64,000 bases of DNA from Podospora anserina (taxonomy: Eukaryota): assembly GCA_017654855.1 (NCBI GenBank), contig CM030336.1:496001-560000 (forward strand). The letters are read 5' to 3'. Numbering within the stretch: the stretch's first letter is position 1; each line of letters starts with the position of its first letter. Shown piece by piece: positions 1-14,500 of this stretch. The notes under the pieces are model-generated. The model had not been told where the DNA came from, did not search any database, and worked only from the letters and a program-made list of their open reading frames with translations. Made by a program: the position numbers and the translations under genes.

Positions 1-326
1 AACACCCCAGTTGATCTAATAATCGTTCCCGTCACCCGCGTGTTAGTTACACTCTCATTTAATATGGGCCCATACCGAACACCTACAACCCGACCGAACC
101 CTACCGACTCCGCCTCACGTGATCTGCGCTCGCGGGGTGTAGGGGGTCCTATACCATGTCAGCGATAGTCTAATGCTTCTGACATAAGCGAGACTTCTTT
201 TTCACCTCCGAGCCCTCAGCCGGAAGCTCCTTCTAGAGACACATGTGAGCTAACGCCGTTTAGAGATCTACAGTAAAGACAAGAACTTACGAGCAAGTCC
301 TCAAGTCTAGCCTCTTGCGCAAGAGA

Positions 327-1223
327 TTAGAAAGGTCGTGACACATCTCTCTTTAAAAAAGGGATTGGAATCACCTTGGCTTTGCTCATTTTCTTCTCAT
401 GGGCCTGTAATATACTTAGCACGCCGGTCAAAGCTCGTATGATGTGAAGCTTCCATACCTCGGTGGCGTTCCACACAAGGCTACATACACAACGAAGTCT
501 AATCAGCAGCTTATATGCATGGCAGCGGGTTTCCATGATGATAACACATGCGATAATTTCCTCCTTTTTTTCCTGTTGCCGATATCAGCCTCGATAGAAA
601 ACGGTCTATTCAAACAGGGCAAAACCCACGGGAACGAGCTCGGAATAGTGCTAAAAAACGGTCAATTGATCTCTACAATGTTGGAGACATTGGAAAAGAT
701 CCCATATACAGAATTTGCATTGATTGAGCTGGACTGGGCAGATCCGTTCATACGTGAGAATGGCCATCAGCCACTCGTCCAGTCTTACAAAACCCCCATA
801 AAATCAAAGCTTACATTGGCCCGGCTCGTCAGTGAACTGTTAAAATAAAGTCAGCTCATGTAAATCCTCGCGTGTTCCATGGAATAAACATACCTCCATT
901 TTGCGCTGTTCGTTCTATATGGATTTTTAGCCAACCTATATCGCCGGAAATATGTCCAATGCTCGACACACCTTGATTTCAAGGACCAAGTTCTTCAAAG
1001 AACTCAAGTCAGTATGTCCATCCTAGCTTTATCCCAGCTTTTCTTCTCCATGCCGTTTGCTCACGACGATTTCCTCGTTCACCCGAGGGGTTTTTCTTTT
1101 TTGTTTTTTCCGTCGGTTTCTGCAGCGAGCGGTGTCAGAAGCACTTCAAAACGATCATCGCGTCGTTCGCAAGCGTGTAGGCGGTCATCCAAGCTTATCA
1201 AAATCCCATTTGGAAACGGCATG
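327..1223 (-). pseudogene. Possible decayed protein-coding gene of unknown family
   Basis: The minus strand has a well-formed intron (GTATGT...GCTGAC...AACAG, around 838-892). It is flanked by coding-like stretches broken by stops and frameshifts. No family recognised; boundaries approximate. Confidence 0.25.
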
Positions 1224-2338
1224 CCTGAATATTTCCGAACTGTAAGCGGGCATTAGCAACCATCCAAGCATGTCAAAATCTCATTCAAAGGCGCAACATA
1301 CTTGTGGATTTTGGGACTGTGGGCGAGTAAGAAAACATCCAAACATTGTAAAAACCAGTTGAAAAGCGCATACATGGCATCTACAAGCTTTTATGAATTC
1401 CGAAGTAATCAGAAAACGGCAAACATCGAAGATGCTGGGACAAGAAAAATATGTAAACATACCATGGGTTATGGTCGGGTTTTTTTTTTTGGTTTTTTTT
1501 CATATGTGTGTTTAGGGAAAAGAAGGGGGGAAATCGCGACTTGTTAGATTAAAGACCTCTGCTTCATGATGGGACAGTCTGTGCACACAGCTGGTTAGCA
1601 AAGTCATCAAGGTTGATGGAAAAGGGGGAAGGTGCGTTCGAGCTTTTCTTAATGAGTCTGTCTTGTTCCCCATCACACAACGCTTTTAACTGGATAAACA
1701 TACAAATCTACTGAGCTATTTGACCTGTCTTGTTAGAAGGTTACTGAATCTCATCATTCCTTTCCAGAGTTATGAAAAGACATGATGACAAGTCTTACAA
1801 AAGAAAGGCTGACCCCTTCATACAGAGACTGGGGTATATATATGTTTGTTGCTGACCGTGGTCTTGTCACACCTACACAACTCACAGTTATAAGAAGCCG
1901 TTAGTGAAAGCATAAGAAGATTGGGCACCCTGAAGATGGGAGTTCATTATACGGGGGTGGAAGGACTCCTCGTGGTAAGGAGTAAGGCATGATGAGCCGT
2001 ACATGACGGAGCTGATGACTGTTCACAAGGCCTGGAATTTCATTTGCATGACCTCCTACTCGCACGCCTCGTCACCAGAGATGACAGCAAACTACACTCT
2101 CCACACATATCAGCCACATACGACTGTTGTTCATAGGTTAGGTATAGCATCTCAACTGAGGACACATGCTATAACCCTTGTCACGTCACTTTCCCGACCG
2201 GCAGGAGGTCAAAAAGAAACCAGAACATTGCTACTTTGTAACTTTTAGAGTTGAGGTGATAGCAGCTATGTCAACCAAGAGCAAAAAAGCATCAAAAATA
2301 TCTGCCTTGCTCTTGAACCCAAGCTCAAGTGAACACGA

Positions 2339-2411
2339 CGATCCACCCAGGGCTCGAACCTGGAACCTCCTGATTCGTAGTCAGACGCGCTTCCAATTAC
2401 GCCAGCAGACC
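2339..2411 (-). tRNA. tRNA-Arg(ACG)
   Basis: Reverse complement GGTCTGCTGGCGTAATTGGAAGCGCGTCTGACT-ACG-AATCAGGAGGTTCCAGGTTCGAGCCCTGGGTGGATCG is 73 nt. It has an acceptor stem, D-loop, GTTCGA T-loop and anticodon at 2376-2378. Confidence 0.95.
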
Positions 2412-3744
2412 TTGCTGTGATGGTGTTTGCCTCCAGGATAGAGGCTTCAAGTTTGACATGCAGAATTTGTGCGTGGGTGTTCCTTGCCGATATCAACCCT
2501 GGAGCGAGTGGGGCCACCACCGAATCATGGGCTGGGGTTTCCAAGTAGGGAAAACCAGCCCAGATGACAGTAGCTTTCAGAGCTCAAGCAGTCAGGAAGA
2601 ATATCTTCTCGGCACGGGTTTGGCCTGGGTAGGAAGATATTTGGAGATAAGGGGCTGCCATCAACCCTAACCCCCAATTCCAAGCCGCACCCTCCACGTT
2701 GCACCCTCCACGATTCAGTTCTGGCAAAGATCGCCCAAACGCTATGTGTGACAGCAACGTCAAGATAAGGTTGCAGGTGTCAATGCCAATCAAGAAGGGT
2801 TACTGGTGTATTGGTGGTTGCATGGGAGGACGTCGTGCAGGCGATCTGTGTTCTGTTATCAGGTCCTTTCAGGGTAGTTGATGATGGGGACATCAGTGTG
2901 CCCGTAGCACCATGACCATCAGCACGGAGGAGTGGTTTCGTGGGATTTCTGGGGGAATGTTATCCACGCCTTGGGGAAGACAATGCTCGGAACCACCGGG
3001 TCTAGAATAACAACAAGACAAAAATAAAAGACGGCGGCAAACTGCGCCCTGCTTTGCCATGTGGTAAAATGACAAATGTCAAAGTCGGGACTCGTCGACA
3101 TGTTGACGGGAGTTCAGCAGAGCCCCACTGCGATGCTACAGTGGGTTCCGAGAGGAACGGGTGTTCCCGCCGCGGAGATGCAATTGTTACTGGCAACTGC
3201 TGACTCGGCCTTCCTGTTAGCAATAGTGAGCTGATCCAGCTGATCGAGCCTCAAATGTCCACACGAGGGATATTGCAGGAATTGCCCAGCCGGGAGAATT
3301 GTTTTGCAACTCGCAAGAAAAAAACGGTTGGAGTATCGGCCCTCGGAGATGCGCTTGTCAATGTCGATCGTACGGCACTCGGTATCGTACCACACCCCCT
3401 AGGCGAGACCAAGAAAGCTCTGCGCAATGGCTGGGAACGTGAAGGAAGGCAAGGGATTTCGGGCGGCAATGGGATGACAGAAAGGTAGAGAGAACAACAG
3501 GATGTAGAGAAGGATAAATACCCTTCCATGGTCCAAGGAAAACAATCTCAATATCCCAAACCATAAACTCTAGAGTGGACCAGAGTCGCAACGCATATCC
3601 CCAGATTTCCCCAGTTCCCCACTTGAGCCGACCGTTGGGAATCTGAGACGCTACACTTGTCAAGACTTTTAACTTCAGTCTCCCCTTCCAATAGCCACTC
3701 ATCAAGCTTTGCCAAGTCAGATAGGCCACTGGATATCCTTCATC

Positions 3745-5010
3745 ATGGCAGCCATCACCCCCGAGCAGATCGCCATTGTCAAGGCGACAGCGCCAGTCCT
3801 CAAAGAACACGGCGTAACCATCACCACCACCTTCTACAACAACCTCATCGGAGATGTTCCAGCACTTCACAACTTTTTCAGCACCACCAGCCAAACAACA
3901 GGTCGACAGCCACGAGCACTTGCCGGCGCTGTTCTGGCTTATGCGACGTATATCGACGACCTCCCCAAGCTGACACATGCCGTGGAACGCATCGCCCACA
4001 AGCATGTTTCCCTCCAAGTAACCCCTGAGCAATACGACATCGTCGGAAAGTACCTGATCCAAGCCATCGGTCAAGTCCTCGGTGACGCAGCCACCGCCGA
4101 CATCGTCGACGCCTGGATTGCCGCCTATGGTGTCCTTGCCCAGGTCTTCATCAACCGCGAAGGCGAGATGTACAAGTCGAACGCCGTCGACGGCTGGGTC
4201 GGCTGGCGCAAGTTCCGCATCACCCAGAAGGTACCAGAGAGCAGCACCATCACGAGCTTCTATCTCGCCCCCAGCGATGGGGCCACGCCACTACCCAAGT
4301 ACATGCCGGGTCAGTACGTCAGCTTGCAGGTGCCAGTGCCCGAGCTTGGGTACCTGCAGAGCAGACAGTACAGCCTGAGTGAAGCCCCGAGAAAGGGAGA
4401 GTACTACCGCATCAGCGTCAAGCGAGAGGAGGCCCTCGAGCCGAGCGCCCCTGCCCTTGTTTCCAACATGTTGCACGACCAGTACGCCGTGGGCGACGAG
4501 GTCGAGCTGTCGCATCCACAGGGCGAGTTCTTTGTGGACCCCCAGGACGCAAGCAAGGAGGGTGTCCCGGTCGTTTTGGTATCCGCCGGCGTTGGTGCGA
4601 CACCGCTCAAGGCCATCCTTGACAGCCTCGTGTCTGCGGGGTCCAAGAGACCAGCATCATGGATCCATTCATCACGATCGAGCGCGGCACAGCCGTTTGC
4701 TGACGATATCCGGCGTATCTGTCGCGAGAACGAGAACGTGTCGGCCAATGTGTTCCTGCGCACGCTTGGCCCTGAGGACCGCGCTGGGGTACACTACGAG
4801 TTTGGAGACATGCGGCTGGATCTGGCAAAGTTGGACAAGGAGCGCGGTTTGTTCCTGGGTGACTCTCGAGCCGAGTACTACATTTGTGGTCCCGAGGCAT
4901 TCATGATCGATGTTCGCCGCACATTGGTCGAGCAGGGTGTCGACAGGTCGAGGATATTCCTGGAGCTCTTTGCGACGGGTGATGTCAGCGACGAGGAAGC
5001 AAAATGGTGA
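3745..5010 (+). CDS. YHB1: Flavohemoglobin (nitric oxide dioxygenase)
   Basis: Intronless ORF from MAAITPEQ. Globin domain (ATAPVLKEHG, RIAHKHVSL, YDIVGKYL), FAD-binding domain (PGQYVS, RQYSLS) and NAD-binding domain (SAGVGATP, YICGPEAFM, ELF). Confidence 0.93.
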   Translation: MAAITPEQIAIVKATAPVLKEHGVTITTTFYNNLIGDVPALHNFFSTTSQTTGRQPRALAGAVLAYATYIDDLPKLTHAVERIAHKHVSLQVTPEQYDIVGKYLIQAIGQVLGDAATADIVDAWIAAYGVLAQVFINREGEMYKSNAVDGWVGWRKFRITQKVPESSTITSFYLAPSDGATPLPKYMPGQYVSLQVPVPELGYLQSRQYSLSEAPRKGEYYRISVKREEALEPSAPALVSNMLHDQYAVGDEVELSHPQGEFFVDPQDASKEGVPVVLVSAGVGATPLKAILDSLVSAGSKRPASWIHSSRSSAAQPFADDIRRICRENENVSANVFLRTLGPEDRAGVHYEFGDMRLDLAKLDKERGLFLGDSRAEYYICGPEAFMIDVRRTLVEQGVDRSRIFLELFATGDVSDEEAKW

Positions 5011-8000
5011 ACGATTGGGATGGGAATTAGGTAGAGCGTATTGTAGCATATGGAGTACTCACCTCGAGAATAAGAACATCTTCTGACACCTAGATTGGAT
5101 GCGCGTAGCCGTTGACAGGTTGATGGTTGATGCTAGACTCACACAACTTTCGAAGACGACATAGGTGTAGGTGACAACCTGGACCGTGGACGTGCTGAAG
5201 CAAGCCACGGCATGGTGCCCCTGCGTTGTAGGTGCTGAAGCCCCACTATAAATGGCGTTGGGGTGGCTGAGAGCCTCGGCAGCAGTGGCAATTTGGGCTT
5301 GGAGGCCCTCAACGATGTCTTCAACATCTCGTTGTTTCTGATACATTGCAGACCACGTCAGCTTCCACCTCCAATTCCACGGCATAAGACTCCCTGATTG
5401 CAAATCCAGAGTTTGAAGCCATACGACACAGTTCAGCTGCGCGTTATTTCCGCCCCTTTTTTGGTCGTGCTATGCTCGGCTCCTGTTTCCATCACACAGA
5501 AACCCAACTGAAGTTCCAGCATGCCAGAAGCCTCCTCGCCCAGCACCCCCGCTGTTGCTATACACGACGCCATTCATCGTTGCCTCGGAACCGCTATTTA
5601 ACCCGAGTAGTGAGGGGATTAGCATCTCTCACGGGATGTCTTGTGCCTCCTGACTCTCAGCTGTGAAAAACCGGGCCGAGTCTTGTCAGGAGGACTGTTC
5701 CCTGCAAACAGCCAGTGTTGAAGCTCTTGGAAGGTTGCGCGAGGAGTTGCTGGCTGAGACCTCGGTAGAAGCATGTCGAAGATGGCACTTTCTGATCTTG
5801 ACTGATCCTGGCAGACGTCAAGCTGAATGCTTTAAGGGTGAATCTGGAACCAGAATCCCTTTGCCCCCAGGTCACACAGCGTTGAGATTTGCGTGTAACA
5901 TTGCCAAGCTCCTTTGTGCGGGCCGAACCGAGCTGGCGGGTTCGATCGCCTCTGCAAGCCACGACATCCCTTTGTGTTCTTTGCTTCTGCCAGTTCATAG
6001 GCTTATGTGGGCTACTCATACCTCCAACCGAGTGCCCGGTGGACTGTGGTGTGGTCAATGGCCATAAGTCTTTTGATATCTGTATATTGTCCGAACTAAT
6101 AACGAACGTTTGTGGGGATGAGTCCCGAATCTCCGGTGTGTTTTTCTCGAACATATTACGGAGGACGCGTGGGATTTCTTCCGGCCGAAACGATTGAGCG
6201 TGCTTCAGTTGCAGCCCTGGCCGGAGCTTCATTCACGTAAGCGTCTTCCAGTACTGCTGATCCTTCACAACTAACCAGCCGTTATCCTGTCCCGCTCGTC
6301 CATCATGTCACCTTATCACAGCCGGCATCTTGATACGATGGCTCGAATGCTCAGATGCCAAGTTCGGTTGTATTTCGGCGGCCGGCTTCCCGGTCTTTGA
6401 CTGGTGACTGGTGACCCGGCGATCATGACTGCTAATTGGGGAGACCTAACGGATATAGCGATACACATTGACCTCACCAAGAGTTGGTTGGTGTTTTCCC
6501 GATCAGGTAATCCCGCGGCTGCTGTCAGGTACGATTGCGATCCGTGATCGACAAGGGGAGCTGGTCTTTCCCAGCAGCCTACCTTGGGTTGCCGTGCGCT
6601 GGAGGGCGTTGCGGTAGAACGTTGGGCCGTCCAAATCACCTCGGAGTCTCAAGCAGGTACAACGGCGGCCGATGACACAAGACGCCCCCTTGCCACTCGC
6701 ACAAACATGACGACGGGAGCAGCCCCTTCGCATCCTGGACATGGATTGTTAGAGATTAAGCCGTGCCTGATACCGTCCACAAGCAGCATTGCATGCCGTA
6801 TCTGGTACCACTCCCTGGCATGTGTCATGCGTCTCCGATGTTGCCTTGCTGCACCAGCTCGTGGCCCATCTTCGAGCTAAACCCCGCTGGGCCATCAGTC
6901 ATCGGCTTCATCCTTACACCACTCCCAGACAGGACCACAATGTCTGCCCCGAGTTCGTTTTGGGCTGTTGAATTCTGTATCTTCCTTGGCACGTGTACAC
7001 GATGTGGCACTCTGCGTCGATGCTTGGTTCCTGGACTGGATTGGATGGAGGTTCTGGAGGGCTCGCCTTCAGCCTTCCCAGACGAAAGGTCTCGCACACG
7101 GAAAGGGAACCTGGGTTCGACAAGGCACTGTGAGAGATGGATGCCTTGTTGCATTTAATTTCAGATGTCTCTCTCAGTTGGCAGCACCATGATGGAGACT
7201 TGTCCTAGGTAACACGGGGAAACCCAAAAGGCCATCCCCAAACCATGGTTCTCACAAGTAACCTTCTGTCCTTCCGTCGCGAGCATTGAGGTGGGATGCT
7301 CTTTGAGGAAAGACACAGACTGGCTCCATCGTTCCTGGGAAGCACCGGTCGCCGTCACGCCTTTTCGTCCTGCTGTTCGGCTTAGGCCAACTGACCGCTG
7401 CCAAGTATTTCACCTGCCCCTTCCACCAATCCCCCACACACTGTAGTTGTCCTTGTGGAGGTAGCTTGCGGTCGCCATCGTCATAGGTGGTGGTAAGGAG
7501 ATCATTCTGTCGTGTCAGCGGTCCTAGAAACCGCACTGTCATCATGGTAAGTCCTTTCCAAGTCTCCGATTGTATTCTACCAAAACCGAGGGCGATGCCG
7601 TTGATCGGCGATGGGTGTGGGTGGTGTGAGAAGAATCTGTAGCTGGGAAGCTGCGGGGCTCTGGCAAGGCTGCTCCTAGTTGAACCCATGGCAGTGTCCA
7701 ACCTTCCAGTTCCAGGTTGCTAGAAGAAGCCCATGGGTGGCCTGCTAGCGCCCATGTTTGGCCCAGTGTTCCCCATACATACGTTGGGTAGACACTCGAG
7801 CTTTTCCTTGTGTGCTAATCCTACCTACCAGGTATTTCTGGCAGGGTCTGGCTGTCCGGCGAGTTGCGCTCTTTGGGGCATCAGTGTAATCTGAACTTGT
7901 CTCCATTCACCTGATCCATTGCCACCACGAGAGAGATCGCAACTGTCACCAAGCATTCTAACATGGTACGGAGCCAAGGGCAGTGCGCATGCCCCCCTTC

Positions 8001-8538
8001 CTGGTGTCCACATAGGTAGTCAACCGCTCCAGTAGACCTAGCTTCGACCAAGAGCGTGCTTTCGGTTGCTTGTTGCTCCTGGGGGCCCGTTCAAATTTTT
8101 CCTTTTTTCCCCCCACCAGGCTATCGTTCTTTTCACCATTGCCGTCTCACTCCGATCTTGACCAACTGACTGTTAAAGCAATCCACCACCTACCTCCCAG
8201 GCTTTTGACAGCCCTTGATCCTGTTCCCAAGCAGCTATTCACTATCCTTGTTCGGCACCTACGACGACGTCTTTCTGCTTTACAGGCAAACAATTCACTT
8301 GCTCGGCCTCCTTTTTTCAGCGTTCTTTGCTGGACCAGCTCAATTTGTTTGGCGAGCCGCTGATCCACCTAGCTTACAGCACCATTTTTCTTTCATTGCT
8401 GTCTTTGATTGCGGTTTTTTTTTTAATCAGATTGTCGATACCCCCAGCAACCCGGTCCTTTGCCTCCTTTCAGTTCTTGTCTTTCCAACGATAATACGGT
8501 TTCAAGACTGTAAACCACTACGGGGCACCCCATCAAAA

Positions 8539-11500
8539 ATGCCGTCCTCGCCCTGTGGCGCTGAGCCCATCGCCATCATCGGCTCCGCGTGCCGGTTCCC
8601 GGGAGGCGCGAGCTCCCCCTCGCGCCTGTGGCAACTGCTCGCGAACCCGAGGGACCTCTCGGAGCGCGTGCCCGCGGGAAGATTCCATGTCGACGCCTTC
8701 TACCACCCAGATGGCGAGTTCCCCGGCACGACGAATTCTGCCCGTGGGTACTTCCTGGACCACGACCCCCGGCTGTTTGACGCCAGCTTCTTCAGCGTCA
8801 CGCCCAAGGAAGCCGAAGCAATCGACCCCCAGCAGCGGTTGCTTCTAGAAGTGGTGTACGAGGCCCTCGAGTCGGCCGGGTACTCTCTCCAGCAGCATGC
8901 GGGTGCCCGTGTTGGTGTGTTTGCCGGTGTGATGACGGCCGACTACGACACCCTCTCACAGAGGGACGAGCTCACCACAAGCCAGTACTATGCCACGGGC
9001 AATGCGCGGTCCATGGTCTCCAACCGGCTCTCGTACTTTTTCAACTTCAAAGGGCCCTCCATGACGATCGACACGGCCTGTTCATCCAGCCTGGTAGCCC
9101 TCCACCAAGCTGTCTTGAGTCTTCGGTCGGGCGATTGCGAAATGGCTTGCGTGGCTGGTGCCAACCTCATCCTGACCCCTGAGCAGTTCATCGTCGAGTC
9201 CAGCCTACACATGCTCAGTCCCTCCGGTCACTGCAACATGTTTGACGCCAATGCCGATGGCTATGCCCGCGGCGAAGGAATTGCGGCTATGTTTGTCCGT
9301 CCCCTGAGCAAAGCCCTGGCCAGTGGCGACCACATTCTCGCCGTTATTCGGGAAACCGGTGTCAATTCGGATGGCAGGACGACAGGGATCACGATGCCCA
9401 ACTGGGAAGCGCAAGCACAGCTTATTCAGGACACATATCGACGAGCCGGCCTAGATATCAACACCCTCGAGGACCGCTGTCAGTATTTTGAGTGTCATGG
9501 GGCTGGAACGGCTGCAGGTGACCCCAAGGAAGCCCGCGCCATCGAACATGCCTTCTTCTCGGGTGAGCTTCGAGCTGGGCCGTCAACTGACTTGATCCCG
9601 CCCGCGGAAAGGCCTCGGCTTCTGGTTGGCTCAGTGAAGACGGTCATTGGCCACACTGAGGGGTCGGCAGGTCTCGCAGGGTTATTCAAGGTTGTCGAGA
9701 GCATGCGACATGATACCATTCCTCCAAACCTACATCTAGATCGGTTGAACCCGCAAGTTGCCGAATATGCCAGCCACTTGGTCGTCCCAACAAGCCCCGT
9801 CCCATGGCCAGCGGTCCAGCCAGGACAACCGAAAAGAGCCAGCGTCAACTCGTTCGGTTTCGGCGGCACCAATGCCCATGCGATTGTTGAGCAGTACGTT
9901 CCAGCCATCCACGACGAGAACTTCGTGTCAAGTGCCCGCGTCCCTCGCCACATCCCCAACGGGTCAGTCGGGCCTAGAGTCAATCGCATTTGCCTCCCTT
10001 TGGTACTCTCTGCCAAATCGGAAAAGTCCCTGGTAGCTGTGGTGCAAGCCTATTACGATCACCTCCTCAAGAACCCCGGAGCCTCAACCGAAGAGCTGTC
10101 ATGGCACACCTACGCCCGCCGCACAGCTTTTGCTCACAGAGTGTCCTTTGCGGGTACAACAACGGAAAGGCTTCTTGGGAAGCTGGCGCGATTCCTGAAG
10201 ATACCAGACGCCCCGCCTGAGCCTCCTAGAAAGAAGCTGAAAACAACCGACAAACGAGAGACGCCGCCACCGGTTGCCACTATGTGTCGCGTGAAACCAG
10301 AACATCAGAAGCCCAAGTTGCTGGGGATCTTCACGGGCCAGGGAGCGCAATGGGCCACCATGTCTCGGGGTCTGCTTGTGACAAGCAAGGTGTATCGTGA
10401 TTCTATTCGACAGTTGGACGGGATTCTGCGGCAGTGCCCACATCCACCTCCCTGGAGCTTGGAACACGAGATATCGGCGGACGAGGGTCTTTCGAGGGTT
10501 CATAGGTCGACAATCTCGCAGCCTCTGTGTACCGCCATTCAGATTGCTTTAGGTAAGACACCTTGCCTGTGCATGGATTCTCTGTTCAGTTCTGAAGGGG
10601 CTGCCGGAGCTGCTTTGCTAACACTGCTCCCGAACAGTCGACTTGTTACACTCGATCGAGATTAGCTTCCACACAGTGGTCGGCCACTCGTCTGGGGAAA
10701 TCGGTGCTGCATATGCCGCCGGCCGGATCGGTGCCAGAGATGCTATTCTGATTGCTTACTACCGTGGAATGGACGTGAACCTCGCCTGCGGAGCCGGGGG
10801 CGTCAAAGGGGGGATGTTAGTTGCAGGCATGTCAATGGAGGAGGCCGCCGATTTCTGTTCTAGAAGAGAGTACAGCCCAGGACTCTGCATTGCCGCCAGC
10901 AACTCGCCCATGGTTGTCACGCTTTCAGGTGATCTTGACTTGATTCATGAGGCCTGCAAGTATCTTAAGGGCAAGAGGTTGCTAGCGCGGATACTCAACG
11001 TCGACACGGCTTACCATTCACCCCACATGGAGGTTCCGTCAATAAAGTATCTGGAAGCGATCAAATCGTGCAACATCTCACCGCGGGCTCAAAACAATGG
11101 AACCGCTTGGATTTCGACTGTGTCTGGCACTGGGGAGCCCAAGGCAGCGGATTTGAAGGACACCTACTGGCGCGACAACATGATGAAGCCGGTGCTGTTT
11201 TACGAGGCTATGAGTACCGCCTTGGACAAAAATGGACCGTTCGACGGAGTGATAGAGGTCGGGCCCCATTGCACTCTTAGGGGGCCAGTGTTTGAAGCAA
11301 TCCGAGAGAGCATGGGAACAGAAACAACTTTGCCGTATACTGGACTCCTCAACAGGGGGATGGACGACCGGGAGGCGTTTGGCGAGTTTCTCGGCTGGAT
11401 ATGGGCCCAGTTTGGGGTTTACAACTCTCACATTCGGCAATTCGTCGTGGGTTCCGTACAGCCCGAGCTGGTCAACACGCGGATTCAAGGTGCTCCCAGT

Positions 11501-14500
11501 TACCCATGGGACCATTCACAGATTCATTGGAGAGAGTCGAGACTATCTCGACAGTATCACTTCAGGTTGGCCATGCCTCACGAACTCCTCGGGGTACGCA
11601 CTCGAGACGATTCTCGGTACCTACTTCGATGGCGGAACATTCTGAAGTTTGAGAAGCTCACTTGGGCCAGGCACCATGCGTTCCAGGGTCAATCGGTACG
11701 TCACAGATCTAACTTCTACTGTCTTTGTAAAACTTGACCGTGTGCTAACAAGAATTGTTGACAGCTACTCCCCGCGTCAGCCTACGTCATCATGGCGGTT
11801 GATGCTGCCAAAGCCGCTGCGCCAGAGGTAGCAATTTCTATGATCGAGCTTCGCGATCTCAAGTTCTACAAAGGCATCACGTTTGATCCTAATTCGCCCG
11901 GGGTCGAAGTTCTCTCCTCTTTGGTCATTGAGAAAGAGACGCCAGACACATGGGAGGCTTCATTTCTGCTGACTTCAGCCGTTGCCGACGGCCGCACCGA
12001 TGTGAAAAAGAACTTTAGTTGCCGGGTCGCCATCACGTCTGGCGCACCACATCCCAATCTGTTGCCAACGCGGCCAGCGACGAGAGCGGAAACACTGAGC
12101 GCCAACCCCGAGGCTTTCTATGCCATGATGGCCGGGACAGGCTTGAGGTACACTGGCCCATTCCGAGGGCTACAAGCACTCGACCGTCGGTTTGATTTTG
12201 CGTCGGGTTCCCTGAGGAGAGTTCACCCTGACGACACTACAAGGCTTGGCCTCAGCCCCGCCACCTTGGACAGCTGTCTTCAAACAGCCTTTGTCACAAT
12301 GTCTTCGCCTGGCGACGGTGCCATCTGGACACCATTCTTGCCAGTGGAGATCGAGAGCATTCGCATGAACCTATCACTGTGCAATGCCCAAGAACGGAGC
12401 GACACGCTGGTGGTTGATGCGCATAAGACGCAGGCTACACCATGCACGAGGAGCGCCCCGGCCTCCTTCACTGCCGACATTGAGATATTTAATGATGAAG
12501 GCAAGCAGGAGATACAGATTGAGGGACTCAAAGTTGGGTCGTTTGGCCCTACCAATCCCGAGGATGACTACGAGCTGTACCTTACCACACAGCTGGACCT
12601 TGATCCCGAAGACGCTATCGTCTCCGCCACAGACGAAGACGTTCACCCCGCGAGCCCCATGCTTGCCGAGTCCTGCGAGCGCGTCGCTTCTTTTTACATC
12701 ACGGAACTGCCAGCCACTGCAGTGTGTCCAAGTCCGGGCTCGCACCTCGTTTCTGCGTCCATCGCCAGCCGAGCAGAGCTGCGCCGCGCCACAAGCACCT
12801 GGTCGGATGAGACAGAGGAGTCTCTTGATCGGTTCATTCTATCCTCGCCATACTATTCGGCTTTGAATTTGGTCCGCAGATTAGGCCGAAACGTTCCGGA
12901 TGTGATGGCTGGCATGCTTCCTACAGTGTTTGAAGAAGCTCGCCAGACGCATAACTTCCAGCGTCATATTTCGAGAGTGGTGAAGCAAATATCCCACAAG
13001 TATGCCTCGATGCACGTCTTGGGACTGACAGATGCTGAGCTTGGGTTGACGGAGCACGTGCTGGCTGGCTTGGGCACCTCCTTTGCATCCTACCGCATCG
13101 GCTCTCGGCCTGAGGAGAATCTCAACGATCGAATCCAGCTTTCCAAGTCTCTGAGCGAGAAGGTTATCACCGAAAAAGTCGATTTCACCACGGGTGTTCC
13201 AGCAAATGGCCAGCTCTACGACCTAGTTCTTCTGTCTACTTCTCTATTCGAGCCTCACAACACGGCCACTGTCCTCGGCCACGTTCGGAACATGATGCGG
13301 CCTGGAGGCTTCCTGATGCTCATTCAGATTACAAGGACCCCTCTCGAGGAACGTCTCCGTCGTACCATCAGCTGTGCACTCTCTCTGCAGTCGATGTCCC
13401 CAACACCGCCTGACTGGCCTGACCTCCTTGATCAGTGCGGATTTCAAAATTCCAGCGAGGACTCGGCCCAGAACTATGCCACTGGCTTTTCCCTGATTGT
13501 TCGTCAAGCGCAGTCTCTGGAGAAAGCGCTGCTGATGTATCCTCCCTCCGAGGACTCAGACCCGGAGCGTCTGATGAATAGACTCCTGATTGTTGGCGGC
13601 AAGCAGCTGTGGACATCATTCATCTCATCGCAAGTCACTGCAGCCCTGGCTTCGCATTGCGGGTTGATCACTACCGTTGCGTCCCTTGACGACTTGGCAC
13701 CCGGGCATGCTGCCAACTTTACAGCCGTCATCCTCCTCTGCGACCTGGATGAGCCCCTTCTGTTGAACATGAACGAGAAGCGGATGGAGGCCTTGAAGGA
13801 GCTACTCCGTCCAGAAATGGTGATCCTTTGGGTCACGGAAAGTGCCCGGACTACTACCCCTGGCAATTCGGCTTCTTTGGGCTTCACGCGCACCCTCGCT
13901 GCTGAGATCCCAGGATTGACCCTCCAAGTCCTTGACCTCGAGACTGTTAATACCGATCCCGCCGTCAAGGACGTCTCTGAGACCTTTTTTCGCCTTGCCA
14001 TGTACGCTAGGATTCAACACACAAGTGTCGAAAACCCTCTGTGGGTTCTGGAGCCAGAGATACACATCAAGGATGGTCGTCGCATGGTTCCCCGTGTTCG
14101 TCCGTGGAAGACAGGCAACAACCGCGCGAACGCCGGTCGGCGGATTGTCACAGCTCCTTGCAACACCTTGGAAAATGTGGTGGAAATTCTGCCAGGGCAT
14201 TCAGGAAACGGGCCATACAGGGCAGAGGAGTGGGGATTGGCGTCTGCGTCGGACCCTCCAGGAGAGCTCTTTGGTATTCAGGTCAACTACAGCACTGTCG
14301 GTGCGCTCAACACAGGGCTCAGTTCTTTCCCGTCGGCCTACGTCTGTCTTGGCCGCGATACGAGGACCCTCGCCACAACGGTTGCTTTGTCCAAAGTCAA
14401 TGCCTCCTACATCATGATGCCGACGAGATGGGGTACGGAGATTACGATCCCCAGTCTCAACGAGCCGGTCTTCTTTGGGCTTTTGGTCCGCTATTTCCTG

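Noticed and set aside
3358-5049. Several long antisense and alternate-frame ORFs over the flavohemoglobin
   Set aside because: Shadow ORFs caused by GC-rich codon bias of the real gene; no motifs.
5059-8200. Many 60-190 aa ORFs between flavohemoglobin and the PKS
   Set aside because: No recognisable domains, codon bias or consistent splice model; treated as intergenic or unrecognisably decayed.
8215-8538. 108-aa N-terminal extension of the PKS in the ORF track
   Set aside because: It starts at a non-ATG codon in pyrimidine-rich leader sequence; the KS domain begins right after the ATG at 8539.
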